Shown here: in pieces, positions 50,519-60,286 of the stretch
Position numbering within the stretch: position 1 is the first letter of the stretch
Layout: every line of letters starts with the position of its first letter
Source of the DNA: Candidatus Methanomethylophilaceae archaeon
Lineage (GTDB): Archaea; Thermoplasmatota; Thermoplasmata; Methanomassiliicoccales; Methanomethylophilaceae
Assembly: GCA_050950505.1 (NCBI GenBank)
Contig: JBMNHS010000001.1
Span: forward strand, 800,001 to 864,000
Direction of reading: 5' to 3'
DNA length: 64,000 nt
The notes under the pieces: model-generated
What the model saw: the letters and a program-made list of their open reading frames with translations, nothing else
What the model was told of the DNA's origin: nothing
The model's database searches: none
Position numbers and translations under genes: made by a program

Positions 50519-51173
50519 TTCTTTCTTTGTCGTCTTTGCTCACACGGAGCGATTCACGGATTTTCCGGACGGTCATATTCTGAATCTCCGGATTCAATTT
50601 GCCGGATTTCAGAACATTTTCCGTTTTATCGGGATATTCCACATAACAGAAGGACAAGGTCCAAGCCGCTCCCATTTTGTAATAATAGCCGTCATGGCTG
50701 TTTGACGCAATCCGATCGAGAACTTTGTCGATATTTTCGTCGTCTATGAATTTGAAAAGCATCATAACGACGGAAGTGCGCATTTTGAATTCCTCGCCGG
50801 AAGACAGCCACTCGTCGCACAATCCCCATAACGGGACGTTCGCTTCCGGGACATATTTCCAATCGTTGCACAGAAGATCGCAAACCGCCCAGTTTTCGAT
50901 ACAGGGGACGAAATTTCTTGTAAGGCCGATGCGTTCTTCGAAAGAAATGTCCGCATTGGCTACAATCAGGGCTTTCAACAAATATTCTTCATGATATTCG
51001 GAATCGGTTTCAAGAAAACTCCGCCAATTCTCTTTCATCAGTTCAGATGCCGTCTTTCGGAGTACGGGCATCCTCACTCCAAGTATGTTTTCCGTGCCGG
51101 GCAGCAGCCTGCGGTTGAATTCCGCATATTCCGCGTCAACGTTGTGATACAATTCTTTCCGAAGGGAGTTCAA
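50490..51173 (-). CDS. AlkD-like DNA alkylation repair glycosylase
   Basis: LGVRMPVLR, IENWAVCD, YYYKMGAAW. Confidence 0.88.
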   Translation of the reverse strand: MNSLRKELYHNVDAEYAEFNRRLLPGTENILGVRMPVLRKTASELMKENWRSFLETDSEYHEEYLLKALIVANADISFEERIGLTRNFVPCIENWAVCDLLCNDWKYVPEANVPLWGLCDEWLSSGEEFKMRTSVVMMLFKFIDDENIDKVLDRIASNSHDGYYYKMGAAWTLSFCYVEYPDKTENVLKSGKLNPEIQNMTVRKIRESLRVSKDDKERIKIYLRRNP

Positions 51174-51646
51174 AGAAATTCAGCCTCAAGATTCAGCAAC
51201 TTCTTTTTCAGAATGCTTCCTCCGCCGTAGGATCCGATTCCCCCGGAAGACGGCACGACCCGGTGGCAGGGTATGAAAATCGGAATGGGGTTCTTGCCGC
51301 ATGCCGTGCCCACGGCACGGTAGGAACCGGGATTTCCCAAATTTTCCGCAATTTCGCCGTAAGTAACGGTCACTCCGTAAGGAATATCGGCAATTTCAGA
51401 CCAGACGGATTTTTGGAAATCCGTTCCGTTGCATGCAAACGGAAGATTAAACTCCTTTCTCCGGCCGGTAAAATATTCTTCCAATTGGGATGCGGCTTCG
51501 GAAATAATATCGGTTTCCTTATCTTCGACTATCGGCAGGTTATACGTCGGAAGATACAATCCGCAAATATTTCCCTCACCGTCTTCGCTTATGCTTATTT
51601 TTCCGAATATCGTGGCATAAGTGAATGCGTACTTGTCCTTTATCAT
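51170..51646 (-). CDS. ogt: Methylated-DNA--protein-cysteine methyltransferase
   Basis: GTDFQ, IPYG, RAVG, PCHRV. Confidence 0.95.
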   Translation of the reverse strand: MIKDKYAFTYATIFGKISISEDGEGNICGLYLPTYNLPIVEDKETDIISEAASQLEEYFTGRRKEFNLPFACNGTDFQKSVWSEIADIPYGVTVTYGEIAENLGNPGSYRAVGTACGKNPIPIFIPCHRVVPSSGGIGSYGGGSILKKKLLNLEAEFL

Positions 51647-51693
51647 GTTCCTCTTCCTGAACATTTATCTTTTATTTACATATTAAGTGTTTC

Positions 51694-52614
51694 GTGATTA
51701 TATGCGCAAGCAGACGTACGGATGTGCCTGCTTTTCACTCCGAATGGATGATTAACAGATTGAGGGCGGGACATGTCCTGGTCAGAAATCCCGTTGCCGA
51801 AAACGTAGTTTTCAAGGTAGATCTGAGTCCTAAAAGCGTAAGCTGCATTTACTTCATGACGAAGAATCCACGCCCCATGATACCCTTTCTCGATGAAATC
51901 GAAGAAATGGGACACAACGTGATTTTCCAGATAACCGTGAATCCTTACGGCAAGGACCTGGAACCCGGAGTTCCCGACATCGTGACCGTCGCCGACGGTT
52001 TCAAAGAAGTATCGGAAAAGATTGGAAAAGGAAGAACGGTGTGGAGATACGACCCCGTTCTTTTCGACGGGAGGTACAACAGATCCTATCATGAAAGAAA
52101 ATTCAGGCTGCTGTGCGAAGAGTTTTCCGGATACACCGAACGGTTCATATTCGGTTTTCTTGACGTTTATGACAAATTCGACAAATCCGATTATTCGGAA
52201 AGACTGTCGGACGCTTCCGAATCCGACAGAAACTGGTTTATGGACATGGCGGGGAAAACCGCAAAAGAATTCGGAATATCCGGAAGTTTATGCTGTTCCG
52301 ACGAATCTTATCCAGAGTACGGGATAGATAACAGGGGATGCATAGACAGGGGGACCCTGCTGTCTTTGGGGATTCCTTTCGAAGATGTTCCCGGCAACAC
52401 CCGCAAAGGCTGCAGATGCGTCAGGAACATCGACATCGGCGCTTACGACAGCTGTCTGCACAACTGCGTGTACTGTTACGCAAACAGCGGCACGTCCCGG
52501 GGAAGGGATTCGAAAGTCTACGATCCGACTTCCGAAATGCTTCACGGTTCGCTGAAGAGCACCGATGACGTAAGAGTCCTGTCGGAAAGGCGTTCACGCC
52601 TCACCGATTTCTGA
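51694..52614 (+). CDS. DUF1848 family radical-SAM-like protein
   Basis: ASRRTDVPAF, TKNP, WRYDP, DIGAYDSCLHNCVYCYA. Confidence 0.9.
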   Translation: MIICASRRTDVPAFHSEWMINRLRAGHVLVRNPVAENVVFKVDLSPKSVSCIYFMTKNPRPMIPFLDEIEEMGHNVIFQITVNPYGKDLEPGVPDIVTVADGFKEVSEKIGKGRTVWRYDPVLFDGRYNRSYHERKFRLLCEEFSGYTERFIFGFLDVYDKFDKSDYSERLSDASESDRNWFMDMAGKTAKEFGISGSLCCSDESYPEYGIDNRGCIDRGTLLSLGIPFEDVPGNTRKGCRCVRNIDIGAYDSCLHNCVYCYANSGTSRGRDSKVYDPTSEMLHGSLKSTDDVRVLSERRSRLTDF

Positions 52615-53577
52615 GGCTCTGTCCAACCCCGTTTCAGTCTTCATTCTTTTCTTGGAGAACAGAACCGAATCCATGAACACGACCCAGATGATTTCAACAA
52701 CTATCGACGTTGCGATTGCAACCATCGCGACGGAGGCCAAATTGCCGGGCAGCGTGGCGACGCACAAAGCTATGGCAATACCCTTGTTGCGGTATGACAC
52801 CATGAGGACGTCGGTGACCCTCTGAGCCCATCCGATTCCCAATTTCTTTTCGACGACTTCGACACCGGTTCCAACCACGAAAGTTCTGATTGCGGAAATC
52901 ACCGCAAACAGTGCGATGGGCGCGAACACCGGAGGGAATTTGGTTGAACTTACGGAAAGTATAACAAGGAACGAGATGAACAGATTCATCATGATTCCCA
53001 TGGTATCCCTGTCGATTTTTACCTTTGTCAGCAATCTCGACAGTACCAACGGAACCCCGATGATTTCTATGACGGTGATGAACACCCCCCTCATTTCCAC
53101 GACTTCGCCCAAAAGAATCCAGATTACGAAGGGAATCCAGACAAGAGAGAATATGTAAGTCAGAATTGTGCCTCTTCCGGCATGTTCCATATCTCCTCTC
53201 AAGGTATAGGAAAGAGGAACGACGGAAGCCGCGAAGGGCGCGGCGGCGATGAACACAAGACCCATCGCTTCGTTTTTCCAGCCTGTGTTCTTCATAAGCA
53301 GGAATCCTATGATGGGGATTATTGCGGCGACCACAAGGCCCAACAGCACCGCCCGGGTGACCGAACGGCTGTATCTCACGGGATTGAGGTTCCTGTAGGG
53401 AATGCGGGACAGGGATATCGTCATCATTATGGCGAGTACCAGCACCGTTATGTCTGCCCGTATGCCCGCAGTAAGAACACGATCCGGAAACCATCCCAAA
53501 AAATTTATGATAAGGGATATGGCCAAGCCGAGGGATAACATAATCGCGCTGCTTGCCAATATTTTTTTGATACGCAT
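52594..53577 (-). CDS. BASS/Acr3-superfamily Na+ symporter
   Basis: About 10 TM segments; AAAPFAASV and YRNKGIAIA crossover motifs. Confidence 0.7.
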   Translation of the reverse strand: MRIKKILASSAIMLSLGLAISLIINFLGWFPDRVLTAGIRADITVLVLAIMMTISLSRIPYRNLNPVRYSRSVTRAVLLGLVVAAIIPIIGFLLMKNTGWKNEAMGLVFIAAAPFAASVVPLSYTLRGDMEHAGRGTILTYIFSLVWIPFVIWILLGEVVEMRGVFITVIEIIGVPLVLSRLLTKVKIDRDTMGIMMNLFISFLVILSVSSTKFPPVFAPIALFAVISAIRTFVVGTGVEVVEKKLGIGWAQRVTDVLMVSYRNKGIAIALCVATLPGNLASVAMVAIATSIVVEIIWVVFMDSVLFSKKRMKTETGLDRASEIGEA

Positions 53578-53661
53578 GACACAATCGGAAGTATGCCAGA
53601 CGTATAACCGTTTTGTACCGTCAGAACGGCAAATTTTTCGGAAAGTCTTATTTAACCCGTA

Positions 53662-54609
53662 ATGCTCACATTCAACCAGATGTCAGGTATTGTTCCGGTC
53701 AAAGCAGGATGGTACAACGCGTTCAGACCCTGGACTCTTCACGGTGCGATAGTGCCGATAGTGCTGGCCGGATTCGTCGCGTTGCACGACGCCGGTTTCA
53801 ACTGGAAAATTCTCGACTGGTTCATGTTCATCCTAGTGCTGATCGGAGGCATACTTCTGCAGTCCGCGGCCAATCTTCTGAACACTTACGGGGATTTTGA
53901 GAAAGGAACCGACACCGTCGAAAACCATATTCGGTCTCCTGAACTTGTTACGGGAGAGTTAAGGTCAAAAGACGTCAGGAACGCAGGATTCCTTTGTGTC
54001 GGCATAACCGCACTGATAGGTCTCGTGCTTCTGTGGTACAGCGGATGGTGGCTTCTTCTGATAGGCCTCGCGGGAATCTTCGGAGTGGTCATGTACACTC
54101 TGGGCGTCTCTTACAAATATTTGGGCCTGGGTCAGATAAGTACGTTCTTTCTGATGGGAATCCTGATGCCCGTGGGAACATACTACACCATGTCCGGAAC
54201 AATGACCTGGGTTCCGATTCTCCTCGGACTGCCCAACGCATTCTTCCTGACCGGGGTTCTTTCCGGAAACGAAACCCGGGATTACTATTCGGACAAGGAA
54301 GCCGGAGCCAATACCATGTCCGGCCATATGAGCTACGAAGGGGCGCTGACTTACTACAGGACGATAAATTTCATCGGTTATCCGATTCTTCTGATTATCG
54401 TTGCGGTCGGGGTTGTTCCCGTAACGTGCCTGCTGGCCGTATTTGCGCTGTACGATTACAGGAAACTGTATCTGAACTCAAAAACCGAACCCATGGACAA
54501 AACCTCGGGATTTTTGTTGGTTCCGAGAGCCTTCACCCACAATTGGCATTTCGGTGCATTGCTCGCAATAGGTTATTTAATCGGAGTCGGTCTTCCGTTG
54601 TTGATTTGA
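53662..54609 (+). CDS. menA: MenA/UBIAD1-type 1,4-dihydroxy-2-naphthoate prenyltransferase
   Basis: RPWTL, QSAANLLNTYGDFEKGTD, YT...YKYLGLG, NETRDYYSDKEAG. Confidence 0.82.
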   Translation: MLTFNQMSGIVPVKAGWYNAFRPWTLHGAIVPIVLAGFVALHDAGFNWKILDWFMFILVLIGGILLQSAANLLNTYGDFEKGTDTVENHIRSPELVTGELRSKDVRNAGFLCVGITALIGLVLLWYSGWWLLLIGLAGIFGVVMYTLGVSYKYLGLGQISTFFLMGILMPVGTYYTMSGTMTWVPILLGLPNAFFLTGVLSGNETRDYYSDKEAGANTMSGHMSYEGALTYYRTINFIGYPILLIIVAVGVVPVTCLLAVFALYDYRKLYLNSKTEPMDKTSGFLLVPRAFTHNWHFGALLAIGYLIGVGLPLLI

Positions 54610-55349
54610 TGAAAGACAACGAGCAACTCGGGATTCAGTTCGAAGGCAAAGACGTCTACGTGAAAGACGTTTTCACCGAGATTTCTTCGTATTATGACGA
54701 AATGAATGACATTATGTCCATGGGTATGATCAAACGCTGGCATAAGTTCATGATGAAGAAACTCGGAGATCTTGAAGGCAAAAAATGCCTTGACGTCGGA
54801 ACCGGCACCGGCGAGATAGCCTTCCTCATGGCTTCACGGGGCGGGAACGTTACGGGAATAGATCTGACTCCCGCAATGATTGAACTCGCGGAGAAGAAGA
54901 TGACCGAGAAGAATCTGCCGAAAGCTGACCTGATGGTAGGCGATGCCCTCGATCTTCCTTTTGAGGAGGGTACTTTCGACTGCGTTACGTCGGGATACAT
55001 GCTGAGGAACGTCACCGACATACCGAAAGCCGTCAGCGAGATGTGCCGCGTCCTCAAATCCGGCGGTATATGCGTGGTTGCCGAATTGGCAAGACCCACG
55101 AACCGTTTAATTCGTCCCTTTTACAATTTTTACATGAACCGGATTATTCCCCGTTACGGACGGAAATACGACAAGGGCCAATCCATAGACGGACGGGAAC
55201 CCGCTTACGATTGGCTGACGGCGTCCATAGAAGGATTCCCTTACGGAAAAGAAATGACTGATATTTTCCTGGACGCCGGTTTCGACGAAGCAAGATTTTT
55301 CGTGAAAAGTTTCGGTGCCGTAAACATATACGAAGGAATCAAAAAGTGA
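54609..55349 (+). CDS. menG: UbiE/MenG quinone C-methyltransferase
   Basis: VFTEISSYYDEMNDIMSMG, LDVGTGTG, LRNVTD, AYDWLTASIEGFP; TGATG coupling to menA. Confidence 0.85.
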   Translation: MKDNEQLGIQFEGKDVYVKDVFTEISSYYDEMNDIMSMGMIKRWHKFMMKKLGDLEGKKCLDVGTGTGEIAFLMASRGGNVTGIDLTPAMIELAEKKMTEKNLPKADLMVGDALDLPFEEGTFDCVTSGYMLRNVTDIPKAVSEMCRVLKSGGICVVAELARPTNRLIRPFYNFYMNRIIPRYGRKYDKGQSIDGREPAYDWLTASIEGFPYGKEMTDIFLDAGFDEARFFVKSFGAVNIYEGIKK

Positions 55350-55381
55350 ATAGGCCGGCCCGAAGGCCGGCAATGGTTTCT

Positions 55382-56794
55382 TTAAGGTTTTTCCTTCGGG
55401 CTTTCGTAGAACGCCTTGAGAGCCAGGTACAGAGTGTACACATCGGCTTTTGAGGTGACTTCCACGGGTGCGTGCATGGAAAGCACGGGAACCCCCATGT
55501 CAACGGTGTCGAGATTGTGCAAGGAAATCTCCGAAGCCACGGTGCCGCCTCCGCCGGCATCCACCTTACCCAGTTCCCCGACCTGCCACTGAATTCCCGC
55601 ATCGTCAAGAATGCTTCTGAGGAATCCCATGGTTTCGGCCGAAGCGTCGTTTGTGGAATATTTTCCGCCGGATCCGGTGTATTTTGAAACCACGGGGCCG
55701 CGTCCCAGATATGAACAGTTGGTGGGTTCGTAGACATCCATGTAAGCGGGATCTATCGCGGCGTTCACGTCGCAGGACAGACACATCGACTTCTGTAGGA
55801 TGTGGCGGACTTTGAGATTGTAAGTGTCGGCAATGTCTTCCATGAAGTCCCTGAAGAAGAAAGATCTCATTCCCGACGGACCGTCGGAACCCGTTTCTTC
55901 CTTGTCGGCGAACACGGTCATCGTGGTGTATTCCGGGTCGGTGACGTCAAGTTCGGCCATAAGGTTCGTGTACGCGCAGACGCTGTCGTCCTGTCCGTAA
56001 GCCCCGATCATGGATCTGTCGAATCCGAAGTCCATGGGTTTCGCGGCGGGAACGGCGCACAGCTCGGCAGTGAGGAAATCTTTCTCCGTGATTCCGTACT
56101 TCTCGTTCAGAATCTTCATGATGTTGAGTTTTACCTTTTCGGAGACTTTATCGTCATCATAAGGCCAGGAGCCGATGAGTATGTTCATGTCTTCGGCATC
56201 GAAAGCTTCTGCCACGGGTTTCTTCATCTGGTTTCTGGCAAGATGAGGCAGAAGATCCGTGACGCAGAAATGGGGTTCGCCCTCTTCTTCGCCGATTGAT
56301 ATCTTTACCGTCTTTCCGTCTCCGGTGCAGACGATTCCGTGTATCGAAAGAGGAATCGTGAACCATTGGTATTTCTTGATTCCTCCGTAATAATGGGTTT
56401 TGAAATAAGCCATTCCGGTGCTTTCGAACAACGGGTTCGGTTTGAGATCCAAACGCGGGCTGTCGATGTGGCTTATGCCTATTCTCATTCCTTCGGACAC
56501 CGGTTTCTTTCCCATGGTGACCATAAGCAGGCTCTTGTCCCTGTTGTTAAGATAGAACTTATCGCCCGGGGCATATTTTTTGCCACGGACATATTCCGTG
56601 TATCCTTTGGATTCAAGGATGGGCACGGTGTAATCAACGACTTCCCTCTCGGTTTTGCAGTTGAGGAATTCTTTGTATCCTTCACAGAATTCCAAAGATC
56701 TTTCCAAAAGGGAATGATCCCGCTCTCCGAGGTTTTTTGGAGTAACCAGCAACTCGTCTGCGAGTTGCTGACCTTCGGTTTTGTCTTTGTCCAT
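55382..56794 (-). CDS. M18-family aminopeptidase
   Basis: KTERE, SHIDSPRL, HYYGGI, GQDD, DKEETGS, GGGGT, SMHAP. Confidence 0.93.
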   Translation of the reverse strand: MDKDKTEGQQLADELLVTPKNLGERDHSLLERSLEFCEGYKEFLNCKTEREVVDYTVPILESKGYTEYVRGKKYAPGDKFYLNNRDKSLLMVTMGKKPVSEGMRIGISHIDSPRLDLKPNPLFESTGMAYFKTHYYGGIKKYQWFTIPLSIHGIVCTGDGKTVKISIGEEEGEPHFCVTDLLPHLARNQMKKPVAEAFDAEDMNILIGSWPYDDDKVSEKVKLNIMKILNEKYGITEKDFLTAELCAVPAAKPMDFGFDRSMIGAYGQDDSVCAYTNLMAELDVTDPEYTTMTVFADKEETGSDGPSGMRSFFFRDFMEDIADTYNLKVRHILQKSMCLSCDVNAAIDPAYMDVYEPTNCSYLGRGPVVSKYTGSGGKYSTNDASAETMGFLRSILDDAGIQWQVGELGKVDAGGGGTVASEISLHNLDTVDMGVPVLSMHAPVEVTSKADVYTLYLALKAFYESPKEKP

Positions 56795-57020
56795 GATGGG
56801 TCAACGAATCGGATATACTTGATTGTTTTCTACAACGTTCCGATATTGATGATGCTTAATATTCATGACATTATTATTTGTTATCATATCGTATAAATCT
56901 TTAATAAGTCATATAAAAGACGTATTAATATGATTAATAATTGATATAATAATTAAATTAAGACGTTATAAGCGATACAATTATAAAGTATAATCATAAT
57001 TAACGTCATGGGATGCCGTC

Positions 57021-58307
57021 ATGCATAATGCGGATGAAGTGGTCAGCCGGCCGGAAGGGACGGGCATCGTAAACCTGACTCTGCAAGACTGCCGGTCCTC
57101 TAAAATTTTGGAATACTATTCAGCGTTCGCCAACTCCGGCGGCGGAGAAATAACCGTTACATGTCCGAGCAGATTCGAATCCGACAAAGACGAGGAGATA
57201 TCCCTTCTCAGAAAAAGGTTGCAGGATGTTTCCAACATCAGTCCGAATCCCGTTATGAGTTCCCATTTCAGGAAATCCTCCGAAGGTTTCATTTTGGACG
57301 TTCCTTACGCGGACAGGTTGTTCCGTCCGGTTTATCTCGACGGTTCACCTGAAACGGGAACTTTCGTTTGGAAAGACTGCGACATATGCATTTGCGGAGC
57401 GGAACAGGTCAGATCTATGATTAGGGACAGATCCGACGGGAACGACGGCAAAACCATGGAAGATTTCGACGCGTCGGTGCTTAATACCGTATCCCTCGGG
57501 GATTTCAGATCCCGGCTGAAGAAAGACCATATATGGAGTTCTCTGGACGTCGAAAAACTGATGACTTCCTCTCTCGCGACCGTCAACCGTGAAAATCGGC
57601 TCGTACCCGCTGTTGCGGGCATTCTTCTGTTTTCGGATCATCACACTATAACGTCCCGGTTCAAAGGATACAGATTAAGGTATTCCGACGGCAGATGGGC
57701 AATCGATTCGGAGGACGGAAGATGGTCCGGCAACATACAGGATTTCCGTTCCGAAGTATCGGCCTGCATATCTTCGATATATGGCGATATGTCCGAATCC
57801 GTGATGGAACTTGTGACCAACGCGCTCATACATTCCGATTATCACTTGGGCGACGGAGTTTCCGTTATCTACGGCAACAGCGTTTTGAAAATAATCAATT
57901 ACGGAATGTTCAGATCCTCCGTCGAAGAATCAATCAAAGGAAAAAGAGACCGCAGAAATCCGATTATTGCCAATATCCTGAGTTCCGTTTCCACATTCAG
58001 GGGACTGGGCAACGCAATCGTGCGGTTGAATGAAAACGGTTACCGCACCGATGTGTCCCAGAACTTGATTGAAGGTAAAGTCACCGTTACCGTGAAACCC
58101 TCCAAAATCAAAGATATTGAGCTCAGCATTTATGCAAAGAGAGTTTTGGAATTGTTGATTGCGAACAAAGATATGGTCATCGACGAGATATCCGAAAAGA
58201 TCGGTCTCGGCAGGCGTCAGACGGAACGGTATCTTTCCGAATTGAAGGAAAAAGGAATTCTGAAGAGGGAAGGCAGCAGGCGTTCCGGAAGATGGAAAAT
58301 ATTATAA
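57021..58307 (+). CDS. Divergent AlbA_2 (Schlafen-like) + HATPase_c_4 + HTH protein
   Basis: YSAFANSGGG, AGILLF, ELVTNALIHSDY, RNPIIA, C-terminal HTH LKREGSRRSGRW. Confidence 0.75.
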   Translation: MHNADEVVSRPEGTGIVNLTLQDCRSSKILEYYSAFANSGGGEITVTCPSRFESDKDEEISLLRKRLQDVSNISPNPVMSSHFRKSSEGFILDVPYADRLFRPVYLDGSPETGTFVWKDCDICICGAEQVRSMIRDRSDGNDGKTMEDFDASVLNTVSLGDFRSRLKKDHIWSSLDVEKLMTSSLATVNRENRLVPAVAGILLFSDHHTITSRFKGYRLRYSDGRWAIDSEDGRWSGNIQDFRSEVSACISSIYGDMSESVMELVTNALIHSDYHLGDGVSVIYGNSVLKIINYGMFRSSVEESIKGKRDRRNPIIANILSSVSTFRGLGNAIVRLNENGYRTDVSQNLIEGKVTVTVKPSKIKDIELSIYAKRVLELLIANKDMVIDEISEKIGLGRRQTERYLSELKEKGILKREGSRRSGRWKIL

Positions 58308-58338
58308 CGCATTCGGTGAAAACCTAAGCGGATGTATC

Positions 58339-59193
58339 TCAGGTTATGGCATCGCGGTTGGATTTTCCCACAAAAAATACTTCAAGACCGTCTATCTCTT
58401 CATTATAAGATATCCGGGCATTCATTTGAAACACCTTTTCAAGATTGTCGGAAGTTATCACGTCCTTTGTGTTCCCGAGGGCTACAATCTCTCCGTTTTC
58501 CATGATGATGGTTCTGTCACAGTATCTTGCGGCCAAAGATATGTCGTGCGTAACCATTATCACGAGAATGTTGCGTTGTTTGATTGTTCTTTTCAGGATG
58601 TCCATAAGTTCGAATTGATGGTTTATGTCCAGATGCAATGTGGGCTCGTCCAACAAAAGAATCTCGGGATTTTGGGCCAAGGATTGTGTTATCATGACTC
58701 TTCGCCACTCGCCCCCGCTCAGTTCGTTAACGGGTCCTTCAGCAAATCCCAAAATTTCTGTTTCCTTCATTAAAGAATATATTTCTCTCAATTCTTCAAC
58801 AGAATTTTCTTCGACTTCCCCTTTGTTCGAATAGCGTCCCATCCGCACGGTTTCCAACACGGTAAAAGGGAAAGAAGCAACGGAATTCTGTTCCACCGTC
58901 GCAAGAATCCTGGATCTTTCCAAATATGAAAAATCCAATATGTCGAAAGGACCGTCCTTTTTCGCAACGTTATCGAGGATATCTTTTGAAAAGTGATCGA
59001 CGGTCACCGATCCTTTTTTGGATCTGTATTCCGAATTGATGCAATTCAGCAATGTGGTTTTACCGGAACCGTTCTGTCCCAGTATAGCGATAATTTCTCC
59101 GCTGTCGACAGAGAATTCCACATCTTTCAGTATGTCGGCAGATCCGATGCTGAAAGAAACCCCGTTCACTTTCAGATTTACCAAATCAAACAC
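58339..59193 (-). CDS. Fe-chelate/cobalamin ABC transporter ATPase (FecE/BtuD-like)
   Basis: GQNGSGKTT, LSGGE, LDEPT.HLD. Confidence 0.92.
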   Translation of the reverse strand: MFDLVNLKVNGVSFSIGSADILKDVEFSVDSGEIIAILGQNGSGKTTLLNCINSEYRSKKGSVTVDHFSKDILDNVAKKDGPFDILDFSYLERSRILATVEQNSVASFPFTVLETVRMGRYSNKGEVEENSVEELREIYSLMKETEILGFAEGPVNELSGGEWRRVMITQSLAQNPEILLLDEPTLHLDINHQFELMDILKRTIKQRNILVIMVTHDISLAARYCDRTIIMENGEIVALGNTKDVITSDNLEKVFQMNARISYNEEIDGLEVFFVGKSNRDAIT

Positions 59194-60241
59194 TCCATAT
59201 GTCTTTCTCCCTCTTTCTCATTATATACATAAAAAACGGAGCACCGATTATTGAAGTGATTATGCCCACCGGCAGTTCGTACGGAGGCATCAGAGAGCGT
59301 GCTATTGTGTCAAACAACATCATGAACAAAGCCCCGCCGAGAATACACATCGGTCCCAGATACTTATGGTCGGGTCCGCATATCGTTCTGAAAATATGGG
59401 GTATAATCAATCCGACAAACCCTATTATTCCGCATACGGATACTGAACTTGCCACAAGAAGGCAGGTTCCGACTATAAGCATAATTCTTACATTTTTGAC
59501 ATTCACTCCCAGTGCCTTTGCCTTCCTTTCCCCTCCGGCTATAAGATTCAATTCCCTTGAATTGTACAGGACGAGTATTGAACCGACAATAGCAGATACG
59601 GCAATTATTTTCACCGAAGCCCAATTGCATTTTTCGAAACTCCCCAAAATCCAGAATACAATGCTGGACACGGTATCGGCATCAGAGAAAAATTCAATTG
59701 TCGAGGTCAATCCGCTGAACAATGCGTTTATGGCCATACCGGAAAGAAGCAACATGATGGTGTGCGTTCCTCTCTTCTGATATGCCAGTCCGTATACCAA
59801 CAACATGGTAATCCCGGACATAATGAATGCAAAAATCGTTGTTCCGTATGTTATCTGGAATACGCCGTATCCTACCGCAATATACAATGCGGCTCCGAAT
59901 GCGGCGCCGGAAGATATGCCCAATATGGAAGGCGATGCCATCGGATTCTTGAAAAGAGCCTGCATACACATACCGCTAAGCGAAAGAGAAGCTCCCACTA
60001 TTGCGGCACATATCAGTCGGGGTATTCTTATTTCTTTGACGATGTAATTCTGACTCCAACTGGCACGTCCCATCATGGCATCGATGACAATTTCGAAATC
60101 CAGATCAACGGAACCTACGAATATACACGTAAAGAATACGGTAACCATCAGCGCAAACGTTACGATGAGCCCCACGACGGCTCTGCGTTTTATTTTCCTG
60201 TCTACACTGATCAGATGGTTCAAGTCATGCTCTTCCGTCAT
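59186..60241 (-). CDS. FecCD/BtuC-family permease
   Basis: IRIPR, QALFKNPMASP, GIIGFVGLIIPH, ELPVG. Confidence 0.93.
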   Translation of the reverse strand: MTEEHDLNHLISVDRKIKRRAVVGLIVTFALMVTVFFTCIFVGSVDLDFEIVIDAMMGRASWSQNYIVKEIRIPRLICAAIVGASLSLSGMCMQALFKNPMASPSILGISSGAAFGAALYIAVGYGVFQITYGTTIFAFIMSGITMLLVYGLAYQKRGTHTIMLLLSGMAINALFSGLTSTIEFFSDADTVSSIVFWILGSFEKCNWASVKIIAVSAIVGSILVLYNSRELNLIAGGERKAKALGVNVKNVRIMLIVGTCLLVASSVSVCGIIGFVGLIIPHIFRTICGPDHKYLGPMCILGGALFMMLFDTIARSLMPPYELPVGIITSIIGAPFFMYIMRKREKDIWSV

Positions 60242-60259
60242 GAAGATGCACCAAAGAGG

Positions 60260-60286
60260 GCCTGAAGGGGGATGTGCCCCTTCAGG
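60260..60286 (-). other. Intercistronic hairpin between binding-protein and permease genes
   Basis: CCTGAAGGGG...CCCCTTCAGG. Confidence 0.5.

Noticed and set aside
3672-52614. Convergent 3' gene overlaps (3672-3679, 35020-35033, 50490-50518, 52594-52614)
   Set aside because: Short tail-to-tail overlaps are common in compact archaeal genomes.
53994-54608. 210-aa N-terminal extension of MenG (similarly 28068-28292 and 45422-45709)
   Set aside because: They overlap neighbouring genes in another frame; coupled starts at 54609, 28293 and 45710 fit better.
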